Shown here: piece by piece, positions 20,579 to 29,292 of the stretch
Numbering within the stretch: the first letter of the stretch is position 1
Layout of the letters: each line of letters starts with the position of its first letter
Origin: a virus
Lineage: Duplodnaviria > Caudoviricetes
Reading direction: 5' to 3' (one strand)
Length of the DNA: 64,000 nt
IMG/VR virus record: IMGVR_UViG_2684623128_000006
Location: 1 to 64,000 of that record
Position numbers and translations under genes: made by a program
The notes under the pieces: generated by a model
Seen by the model: only the letters and a program-made list of their open reading frames with translations
Database searches by the model: none
What the model was told of the DNA's origin: nothing

Positions 20579-20984
20579 AGAAGCTCTCCACTTCACTTGC
20601 TAGTCGTTCTTCCTCGGTTGTTGTCGCCTTAATCAAGGCAACGCGATATTCATGTAACCGATTCTTTGACCAATCTAGGCAGAGCTTTTGCCACTTGATA
20701 ACGGCAACCGGATCGGAAAGGTCGTAACCCGTCCCAAAACAGCTACAGCACTCCCACTTGCTAAATAACGACTTGGTGTAACCAGTGCCATTGCAAGTCG
20801 GGCAGCGATCCGGCTTGTCATCCAATGTCACATCGGCATCTTGTAACCGGTTCGCCAGAGCTTCGCGTTCGTCCGTAAGCTCTATGCCCTCGAATGTATC
20901 CAGGATTGATGGTGAGCTTTTGTCTCGCTCTCTTTGCCGTTGTTCCAGTTGAGATCGCTTAATTTCAGAAATTTTCCCACTCAC
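20553..20984 (-). CDS. Hypothetical protein with DnaJ-type Zn finger
   Basis: CPTCNGTG...CCSCFGTG; preceded by a TTGCAT/TATACT promoter and the operator at 20990. Confidence 0.7.
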   Translation of the reverse strand: MSGKISEIKRSQLEQRQRERDKSSPSILDTFEGIELTDEREALANRLQDADVTLDDKPDRCPTCNGTGYTKSLFSKWECCSCFGTGYDLSDPVAVIKWQKLCLDWSKNRLHEYRVALIKATTTEEERLASEVESFYENARRKD

Positions 20985-21038
20985 CCTTAATTCCGAACAC
21001 ATCAATTTTATTTGTAGTATAAACCCGCTTAAAAAACA

Positions 21039-21356
21039 ATGCAAAAAGTATTGATACAAAAACTGAAACGATGTATTTTTGTCTCAACAAACAGGCAAAC
21101 AGACTCATATGAGGAATCAGAAAATGTCAGAGAACAACAGAAAAAAGTTCACGACCAAATCCAAGCAGGCGTTAAAGAGTACATGACCAACACCTCGAAC
21201 AGCGTCTTAGACTTCGCTTTGGCCAATGCAATTAAGAGCGGTCAGAACAACCTAAATGAAATGTGTAAAATGTGGAGAACCCCAGTAGACAAGCTACTTA
21301 GCAAGTTAAACACTTCTCTTTTCAAAGTGGATGATGATAAAATCCACCTCGCATAG
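21039..21356 (+). CDS. Hypothetical protein
   Basis: 105-aa ORF, start uncertain; followed by a terminator-like hairpin at about 21392-21422. Confidence 0.4.
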   Translation: MQKVLIQKLKRCIFVSTNRQTDSYEESENVREQQKKVHDQIQAGVKEYMTNTSNSVLDFALANAIKSGQNNLNEMCKMWRTPVDKLLSKLNTSLFKVDDDKIHLA

Positions 21357-22226
21357 ACGGATACGTTTAGCTATCGGGATAAGAGTAATGGAAAGCTTCG
21401 GGGAAACTCGAAGCTTTTTTTTGCCTCGAAACTTAATCCGAACGTTTAAGAGTTTAAGGCACAAAAAAGCGCCCACTAATAGATAGAACTCTCTACATTC
21501 GGAATTAATAACAACACCAACCAGCAAAAATAAACAAACAAAAACCAACCATACCAAACAAAAATACTGTCGCTTTATAAAAAAATAAAAATTAGAAAGC
21601 ATCAATCGCGAAAGCTAGTTTGAACTGATTAATCAAAAACCTCGTCCTGTTAGTTCCGAAATCACGCATTCAATTTAAAATAGCGGTATAGTGAAAAACA
21701 GATGCCATACGTGATACCGGATCGTTTAGCATCTTATCGACGTCAAATAGTTGAGTTTAATACTGTCAACACTCAGGCTAATTGGAAATAGGTGGGCAAA
21801 AACTAGCCAAAATGATAGGAAGCTTAACCACTTAAGTTGTACGGGGAAGCATTTTTGTTTTTAACAGGATAAGATGAGTTAACAGCAATATATTGAATGC
21901 GCTAACCCATCTGCTGGAAGCGGCAACTTTCTTTTGAGGTTGGCATCAAGCAGAAAGGAAAAATGAACATGAATTATTGGATAAAAATCTTGCTCATATC
22001 CCGATTCATGTAGAGAAATGAATATTTTTCAAAGCGTTTCTTTATGAGAAGGGAATTATCTGATAACAATGGGACATAAGGACTTGGGAGTTTTCATGCG
22101 CCTAAACCTGAAAGAGATAACCAACTCGTTTGGGCGTTTGCAAAATTAGCAAAAAGTCTGGAATACTAGGCACAACAAGACTTGGAACAAAACGTTCCCT
22201 AATAACCTTGATTGTGTGAAGAATAT

Positions 22227-22523
22227 AAAAAAAGGCTGGATTCGAAGAACCCAACCTTTAATTAATTAGGAGGTAATTATGTAATCACCAACCAAGCTCG
22301 AAGCAGCTAGAAAGCTTCACTTCGTGCATACGGGCAATCAATGGTGGCCGCCATTAAAAAACCCTTGTGCGTTGTCTTTAACCATAAGCCTTTGGAGAGG
22401 TAGATATGGTCAAGTTAGTTGATCTCTTGATTGCTTTAATCAAGTTAGTCACAGCCATAGTGCAAGCACTATTCGGCTAGACAACGTTGTCGCTCTAGAA
22501 GTACATTGTTGCTTCTAGGGCAC
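22227..22523 (-). ncRNA. Candidate antisense antitoxin RNA
   Basis: TTGACA(22559-22554)-17 bp-GATAGT promoter on the minus strand; hairpin plus U-run terminator at 22227-22259. Confidence 0.4.
22406..22480 (+). CDS. 24-aa hydrophobic peptide, TisB/DinQ-like type I toxin candidate
   Basis: GGAGAGG RBS then MVKLVDLLIALIKLVTAIVQALFG*; downstream hairpin. Confidence 0.7.
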   Translation: MVKLVDLLIALIKLVTAIVQALFG

Positions 22524-22740
22524 ACTTACAACTATCCAATAATTAATATTTCCTGTCAATTCGTGTTTTTGTCAAGAACTCACACAAATGCGATCGCAAT
22601 TCGGTTCTGCCTGCCAAATTTACCTTTCATCGTCCATCTATCAGTTAGATTGAAAATTGACCTACCACTATTAGTTATAACACGCAGTTGTCTATAGCCA
22701 GGATCATTCACTCATCTAAACAACAAAAACTTGTTGTGTA

Positions 22741-23190
22741 TGTGGGAAACTGTGTAAATCTTTGATTTTCCAGTTATCCACATACGCTATAAAGATCTAT
22801 ATTTAACTATATCAATCTATGAGAACTATAGAACTATAAGATCTATAGTAACCGTAACGTATTGATTTTAATTGGTTTTAACTCGTTTAAAGATCTTTTT
22901 TTAGGTCTTTAAGTAACAAGATCTAGGTTTAATTGATCATTTATTAGGTGTTTGTGATCTTCTTACAGGCTTTAGTGCTACATAATCTAGGTGAAAGTGA
23001 TCATATATCAGGTGATTGGATAACAGATTTTAGGTGTGTGAGATGGTTGTATAGGAGTCTTGTCCGGTTTTTTCTACTTTCGAGTCAATGATCACGTCGA
23101 GTTCACTCCCATATACCTAAAATGTGTCACATAGCTCATTTCAACCTAGAAAATGTCATCTATCGAGCCCTTGACCTAAAACTTGTTAGC
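22741..23190. other. Iteron-type plasmid replication origin
   Basis: DnaA box TTATCCACA at 22774-22782; AT-rich aactatag repeats; 8 YAGG-core iterons at 22902, 22924, 22945, 22966, 22988, 23009, 23031 and 23052 (21-22 bp period); 3 inverted copies at 23115, 23144 and 23174; many GATC. Confidence 0.85.
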
Positions 23191-23192
23191 TA

Positions 23193-24281
23193 TCAGTAAT
23201 CGTGTGTATCGGTTAGTTCTGAAAGGGTATCTATCTTTTCCATTAACGACTCTAATTCATGCATTCCATCATCATGCTTTTGTTGCTCTTTTTCTGAGTG
23301 TCGCTTTGACAAGCTAGCTTCAACTTTAAGAGCGTGGTCTTCTTTACCCACATAGCGGTACGCGATGGCAAGTGATTCTAGTTCAGACTCGGTGAGTCTG
23401 ACTTGGTTTTGAAGCCTTTTCAATTCAAGTTGTCTAATTGTCTTAAGAGCATCGTGTTGATTTAACTCATCAATTGAACCTAGTTTAACCCACCGGAAGA
23501 GAAACTTGATTCCAGTAATGGTTCTACCTTTCTTTACAACCTCAAACCCCTTATCACCTTGGCTACTTTCTAAAAATAAAAGTTCTTTGCTAATCTGAGG
23601 GTGTTCAGAAAGTTCTTTAATACTTTCCCTGATACAACGTTTCATAAATACGCTGTTGTTTTTGAAGGAACTTTTATCTTTCTTCAGCTTCCCTGATTCG
23701 TCCAAAAGCCCAAATATTCCTTTCAGTTCACTAAGCTTTTGCGCATGCATTTCAAAGCCCTTGTCTTTGAAGCGACTAAGCAGTTCGTACAAGCGCTTAG
23801 AATACTCCTTTTTTACCTCAAAGAAATTGCGAGTATTAATCAGAGCAAATCCTTGATTATATTCAATATACTCAGGTTTGAGCATATCGTTAGGAACCAT
23901 CGTAAGTATGCCGTGTTTATAAGCGATATGTTTAAAAAGAGGTCTATAGTCGAATTCAATATCACCTTTCGGGGTTTCCACCTTTATCCCGATTTTTCGA
24001 CTAGCTAGGCGGTTCGCTACTGGACTTAAGTTGCTACCGATATGTTTAGACTCAACACCTAACCACTCTGATAATTGATGTGAAGTAAACTCATAGTGTG
24101 GTGTTTTCTGCTCCCAATCACTTGGTTTCATATGTGCAATCATCAACGCAAACATATCTGCTTCCCTAGCGGATAGATCTTGACGACTAAAGACCAGTTG
24201 ATGGCCTTTTTTGATATGTTTCGGGAGGTTATCGCTTACCGCAGGGTAGAAATATTCTTCATCACTCATGCAAATGCACAT
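23193..24281 (-). CDS. repA: Rep_3-family plasmid replication initiator
   Basis: QDLSAREADMF, KKEYSKRLYELL, FEVVKKGRTITGIKF; adjacent iterons. Confidence 0.9.
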   Translation of the reverse strand: MCICMSDEEYFYPAVSDNLPKHIKKGHQLVFSRQDLSAREADMFALMIAHMKPSDWEQKTPHYEFTSHQLSEWLGVESKHIGSNLSPVANRLASRKIGIKVETPKGDIEFDYRPLFKHIAYKHGILTMVPNDMLKPEYIEYNQGFALINTRNFFEVKKEYSKRLYELLSRFKDKGFEMHAQKLSELKGIFGLLDESGKLKKDKSSFKNNSVFMKRCIRESIKELSEHPQISKELLFLESSQGDKGFEVVKKGRTITGIKFLFRWVKLGSIDELNQHDALKTIRQLELKRLQNQVRLTESELESLAIAYRYVGKEDHALKVEASLSKRHSEKEQQKHDDGMHELESLMEKIDTLSELTDTHDY

Positions 24282-24289
24282 CCATAAAT

Positions 24290-24325
24290 AACAAGATTTA
24301 GGTAATTATGACACATTTTAGGTCA
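24290..24325. promoter_or_regulatory. Iteron copies upstream of rep (autoregulation)
   Basis: atgacacattttaggt is a near-exact reverse complement of the origin repeat acctaaaatgtgtcac at 23115. Confidence 0.65.
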
Positions 24326-24358
24326 CGCATGTATAGAAATACTCACATCAAGCAGTGA

Positions 24359-25276
24359 TTACAGATACCTGACTTGTACTCGCCCGACTGCGTCACGATA
24401 GTATTCAACTAAGCCTTGAGACTCTTTCTCGGAAATGGTGTTCATGTACTCTGCTAACATGGTGGCTGTATCACGAACCTTGTTCACGCTAGCTTTCACG
24501 GCGCTTGCAGCCTTGTTGTGCCAGCTAGCAATCACAAACTTAAGGTATGACACGAACTTAGGCGCTAAAGGCTGTTGGTGCTTGTTGTACAGCTTGATAA
24601 CACGACGAGCTCCTCTAGCTGATAGGCGGCCTTGCTTAGCTGCTAGTTGAAGTTGTTTTACTTCGTCAGCGTCACGTTTGAAGATCTTCAAAAACCAAGA
24701 ATCAGACGGGACACCGTTATTAATTTTATTTTTACTCTCTGTAGAGAGATCTTTTGTATTTATAGTGCCATTTTTGTTTTTGTCTGATTGCTCGCAAGCC
24801 TTGTCAGCACTGGCCTCAAGAGGTTTTTCCACAGAAGTCCCCCCTGAGTGCCGTTTTTGTCTATTAAAACGCTTTTGTGCAGCTTGTAGCGCGTACTTGT
24901 ATGCGCCAGCGAACATTTCTTGGATGGCGTCTACGCATAGAGTGATGTGACGTAGATTCTGACCTGTTGCATTGTTTGGCTTCTGTTCTCGGACAATTAA
25001 GTTCAAGTCTTCTGCTGTTTTCAGTTGTTTTTTGAGAGTGTCAAAAGTGGTTGGACGACAATCATAGCGATCGCAGTTCTCGTTGTAGACCTGTACCAAT
25101 CGAGTAGTTGATGCAAAGCAGGTATGGCCATGCTTAAGAATATGGCTTGAGATAGTTTCTAGTAGGCAAGCAAGTTTACGTTGTGCCGACGGTTTATTGG
25201 TTTTGATATTGGAGGCTTGGGTTCTGAATCCTGACTTCCAGTAGCAAGGATGCAGTAAAAGCGGTGTGTTTTGCAT
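24359..25276 (-). CDS. Second replication-initiator-like wHTH protein (candidate lytic replicon)
   Basis: TCFASTTRL..TLKKQLKTAEDLNLIVREQ phage replisome-organiser-like HTH; operators upstream at 25708 and 25790. Confidence 0.5.
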   Translation of the reverse strand: MQNTPLLLHPCYWKSGFRTQASNIKTNKPSAQRKLACLLETISSHILKHGHTCFASTTRLVQVYNENCDRYDCRPTTFDTLKKQLKTAEDLNLIVREQKPNNATGQNLRHITLCVDAIQEMFAGAYKYALQAAQKRFNRQKRHSGGTSVEKPLEASADKACEQSDKNKNGTINTKDLSTESKNKINNGVPSDSWFLKIFKRDADEVKQLQLAAKQGRLSARGARRVIKLYNKHQQPLAPKFVSYLKFVIASWHNKAASAVKASVNKVRDTATMLAEYMNTISEKESQGLVEYYRDAVGRVQVRYL

Positions 25277-25341
25277 AAAATTTGATCAAAAAAAAGGCGT
25301 AAAAATTTGCCACCGATCTCTTTGAACGTTATACTTACACC

Positions 25342-25583
25342 TGCTTTAGTGTGGTGTAATTTGTGTTAACGTTCGCTGAGATTGATGCTCAATCTAAACT
25401 GTTAAACTAATTACTAACCATTTGAGGCATTAGTCGCCAACTAAATGTCTCGCCTGATTAGGCTTCGGTCTAATTCATTACGGCATAATGACTTTCCTTA
25501 AGTTCGTCTGTCGTGATGCTTTAAGTTAGCCGCTTAAAGCTCGATTTCAGTAAAAAAGCCCGCTCGCCAAAGCGGGCTTTTTT
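25342..25583 (+). ncRNA. Counter-transcribed structured RNA in the leader of the second rep gene
   Basis: TTGCCA(25307)-17 bp-TATACT(25330) promoter; several hairpins including two CGCCAA loops and a UUCG loop; terminator at 25552-25583. Confidence 0.6.
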
Positions 25584-25810
25584 ATTTTCTGTTGCCCGAA
25601 ATCGAATCACTTTCTCTCTATCACGGTATCGCCATGATCTAATTACAGAAAAACTCCCCTATTATTGATCGTAAATGGTTGATCAAACAAGTCCCTGTAT
25701 CAAAGCGATTCCGAACAAGGTGCGTTACCATCTGGCGCTAGAGTTTACCAAAAATTTTATCTATTTAAACTCCTTTTGGACGTGTTAATATTCCGAACAC
25801 GCCGAATTTT

Positions 25811-26179
25811 GTGGATAACTCTGTGATGAAATTTACTCCCCCACCAAGTGCTGAACAGCAATTAGAAACTCAAGTTAACCAATTAAAACAACAATTTAAG
25901 CGCCGACAGTTCCCGAAAAAGAACGCCCCAGCGCTACCGTTGGATTTGTTAGTAACAATCTCAGGTTGCACCTTTGGTTTGCATAGCCAAAAAGACGGTA
26001 GACTCGTTCTAAAGGCCGATAAGGCGATTAACTTTGATAAGGGTGTCAATGTGTTGCGCTCAGTGTCGTATATTGCTGGCGCGCGAGATAGCGTATCTAT
26101 CGCTGGTTGGGACTGGCGACCAACGCACTTCAAGAAAGATAAACTCTACTTGCGTCCTGTCGCGCCTAGTGATTTATAA
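25811..26179 (+). CDS. Hypothetical protein
   Basis: 122-aa ORF flanked by operators. Confidence 0.55.
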   Translation: MDNSVMKFTPPPSAEQQLETQVNQLKQQFKRRQFPKKNAPALPLDLLVTISGCTFGLHSQKDGRLVLKADKAINFDKGVNVLRSVSYIAGARDSVSIAGWDWRPTHFKKDKLYLRPVAPSDL

Positions 26180-26270
26180 AATTCCGAATTGGCCACCAGC
26201 ATTTTCGATTTAATTGAGTGTTTTTTGTACTTAATTACTAATCGCTGGTGGCGCTTTTTAATTGATCAAC

Positions 26271-27224
26271 TTATTGGAATTTTCGTGATGAAGATCCGAA
26301 GTTGACGAATTGCTGTTTAATTTGAGGGGCAACACTCACTTTTTGCTCTACTGGAACGTAGCTATTTGTCGGTAAAGTTGCCATTTTTCGGGAACCTAGC
26401 GACTCAAACATGGCTCGCACCACTTGATGATCTTCTTTGGTGGCCATGTTGGCGATCGCTTTGCGCTGCGCATCGGTTACATAGATAGGTAAAGAGTCCA
26501 CAACATCAAGCAGCATCGAGGTTGCCTTAGCGTTTTGCTCTACCTTTTCACGCAACTCTGCATTCACGCTTTCTAGGTACATAAGCTGGTTAGTAAGATC
26601 ACCGACAAGCTCAACATTGGTCTGTTGAGTCATGTTCGCGTAGATATTACGCGCGGATTCCTCATCAAAACCTTGTTCCTGTAGCGATTCGAGGATCATT
26701 TGCTTGCTGTTCGCACTTTCCATCATCATGGCCGGATGGTCTAGGCTGATATAGTTCGGCTGCAACACGTAGTCCATACCGTGATATGAAGTCGTGATCG
26801 ATGCCTCGCGTGTATCTTGGCCACCAGTCGCCCAACTCCAACCACCAGCACGGCTATTGTGCAAACCTAAAGCGATACGGCCTGTATCGGTATCTAAAAA
26901 CTCTTGAGTGTGTTCAACAATACCGTCATCTGAACAGGTGATAGAGACTGTGCGGTTAGATGGCACGTTTTCTACCACAACCGGACGACCATTAATCATG
27001 ATCACCTCAGTTTCACCGATTGAGAGCTTATTAGCGCGTTGGCGGGATTGATGGCCATAGTAACCATACGCTTCGCCTAGTCGTAATAGCTCTTGAGTTC
27101 GTGGGCTGTTGATCATCGCTTGCACGGCTTTGATGATGTAATTGCGCTTGTTGGCGCTAAGTTTTCGACCGTCATTGAATAGGCTGAAACGGTCGGATAC
27201 TTGTTTAAGTGCTTTTGCTGTCAC
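26271..27224 (-). CDS. pro: P1 Pro-like head-processing protein
   Basis: GEAYGYYGH, GIVEHTQEFL, RAGGWSWATGG, GMDYVLQPNY; downstream of the portal gene. Confidence 0.8.
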   Translation of the reverse strand: MTAKALKQVSDRFSLFNDGRKLSANKRNYIIKAVQAMINSPRTQELLRLGEAYGYYGHQSRQRANKLSIGETEVIMINGRPVVVENVPSNRTVSITCSDDGIVEHTQEFLDTDTGRIALGLHNSRAGGWSWATGGQDTREASITTSYHGMDYVLQPNYISLDHPAMMMESANSKQMILESLQEQGFDEESARNIYANMTQQTNVELVGDLTNQLMYLESVNAELREKVEQNAKATSMLLDVVDSLPIYVTDAQRKAIANMATKEDHQVVRAMFESLGSRKMATLPTNSYVPVEQKVSVAPQIKQQFVNFGSSSRKFQ

Positions 27225-27237
27225 TTTCTTTTCTCCA

Positions 27238-28911
27238 TTAATGGCTTTGGATTTCGGTTAGTAGGTCGAGAACTACGTCTCTAACGAATCGTTCCGCTTC
27301 GCTTTGGTCAGTCATGCCAATGGATTCCATCATTTTGTCGTTCTTGGCCACTTGAGCCGCGAGCTCGGAAATGACTTCATTGGCCAGCTCGGAATCGAGG
27401 CCAACAACGGACGTGTAAAGATGGTTTTTAAGTTTCGGAGACTTGCCGATTGGGGATTGCTCGATAAGGTCAAGCACGGTAGTCAGGATGGTTGCGTAGT
27501 TCGCTTGCGACTCCATTGCTGCCGACTTCTCTTGCTCGATAGCAGTGTTGAGTGAGTTAAATCGGATCTCGAATGGCATATCGTTGTCATTCCACACCTT
27601 GCCGTCTCGGTAGATGGTGTGAATGTCGATAGCGCGCTTAACGAACGCCACCACGGCTGCGCGGATTTGGTTGGCGCGTAGTGCAGATTGAATCGATGTG
27701 CGGAAGAAGCCGCCCTCGCCTAGTCCACCAGAAAGAAGATCACCAAACCCAAGCATGGATGGGTCTACGCCAAGCGTTCCGGCTAAGCGTTTAAGGTGAA
27801 ACATAATGTCTTCGATGTGGGAGATATTCGGGTCAGTGGTAAAGGTATCGATCTGCAAGCCACCTTTAGCGCCGCCCATAAATGGCAATAGCGTGTTGAT
27901 GACGGTTGGAATGAAACCTAGCTTGCGGGAACGGTCTACCACCTCTTGACGGTCTTGCTTCATCTGGTCAGCGACCATGTTGATGTATTCCGCAGCTCCG
28001 GCCGCATCTAAGCCGTCAGTGTTTACCGCTACCATGCGATCGATAAGTGAAGCATTCACACGACTTGCGCCGAGCGCTGCAATGGACTGGCGAAGCATCG
28101 ACCAAGCCTCAAAACAGGTAAGAAGAATGGATGTGCCGTAGTTCTGCGTCTCGATTGGCATGCGTGAATACGCATCGTCATAAAGTGAGTAGCGCTGGCC
28201 AGTGTAGTTAACTGGCGGTATATCCATATCTGGTCGCCAGATTGGCATTTTTAGTGGGATAAGCGCCCAAGGCTCGGCAAGGCGTACCTGTTCGCCGTTC
28301 GCTCGGGTTTGTAGATATTCCGCAGTAAATCCCGCTAGCTCGCCCGAACGTTCGTACTCACGAATTTGGTTTGGCAACGTGTAGTAGTTGGCCTCAAAGT
28401 GAGTAATACCCACGCCCTCTTTCGTGTATGGGCGAACATAGTTAACCCCATAAACCAGCGTTGAATACGTCCAGTTCATTAGGTTTTCGTTGATTGGAGT
28501 TAGCAGCTCTCGGTTAAGACGGCCTACGTACTCGGCGTACTTCTCATCGGTTGGATGAAGATACACAGCCATGCCATTGTCGTTTGATACCGAAAGAGCG
28601 TGACCAAGGTGCAGATTGAGCGCGGCATCAATCGTGCTGTCCTCGGCCATTTCCTTGAGTATCGGATATAGCATGAAGCGATCTTTCGGCAGCTTGTGCA
28701 GAAAAAAGCGGTCTGAGCTTTTTCGACCGTCATTGGTCAGAGCGCCGTTGCTTTCATCTAATTGGTGTTCGCGATCGTGGAATGGCGATCCCGTGTATCC
28801 AGCGCCAGATTCAAAACTGATCCCACTCTCTTTATCGTCATTCTCGTTAAAGAAAGGGAACGCTTGTTTTAAAGCTGCCGCTAGCCCAATTGATGCCTTG
28901 TTTTGCGACAT
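27238..28911 (-). CDS. prt: P1 Prt-like portal protein
   Basis: LGVDPSMLGFGDLLSGGLGEGGFFRTSIQ; synteny with pro and divergent darB. Confidence 0.82.
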   Translation of the reverse strand: MSQNKASIGLAAALKQAFPFFNENDDKESGISFESGAGYTGSPFHDREHQLDESNGALTNDGRKSSDRFFLHKLPKDRFMLYPILKEMAEDSTIDAALNLHLGHALSVSNDNGMAVYLHPTDEKYAEYVGRLNRELLTPINENLMNWTYSTLVYGVNYVRPYTKEGVGITHFEANYYTLPNQIREYERSGELAGFTAEYLQTRANGEQVRLAEPWALIPLKMPIWRPDMDIPPVNYTGQRYSLYDDAYSRMPIETQNYGTSILLTCFEAWSMLRQSIAALGASRVNASLIDRMVAVNTDGLDAAGAAEYINMVADQMKQDRQEVVDRSRKLGFIPTVINTLLPFMGGAKGGLQIDTFTTDPNISHIEDIMFHLKRLAGTLGVDPSMLGFGDLLSGGLGEGGFFRTSIQSALRANQIRAAVVAFVKRAIDIHTIYRDGKVWNDNDMPFEIRFNSLNTAIEQEKSAAMESQANYATILTTVLDLIEQSPIGKSPKLKNHLYTSVVGLDSELANEVISELAAQVAKNDKMMESIGMTDQSEAERFVRDVVLDLLTEIQSH

Positions 28912-29292
28912 GTGCGACCTCGGTAATTTGAGGCGCTTTTTACAGGGATGGGGATGATCTTGGATGATAGCGCATCGCGTCAATGTGACCAATACGATAA
29001 TAAATCATTGATTTTATACGCGTAAATTTTTTTCAGTCAAAGTTCAATTGCTTGCCTTTGAATCTTGGTTACTCACCAAAAACACTAATTTTTATTCTTG
29101 ATGATAACAACTGTGTTCGGAATAATTTTCTCGTCCCTAAAAATCTACTTCCTTAGATATTTTAGATTATTCATTAACTTAAATTGATATTGATAGTGGC
29201 GTTTTTTTGGGATGGGGAATAGGAAAGGAAAAAGTCGGGCGAAAGCTCGACTTTTTTTTTGGCTTTTATCTAAAGAATAAAAGGCACGTTCA

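Noticed and set aside
21690-22170. Possible gene in an AT-rich spacer
   Set aside because: Multiple stops in all frames; at most a decayed remnant that cannot be identified
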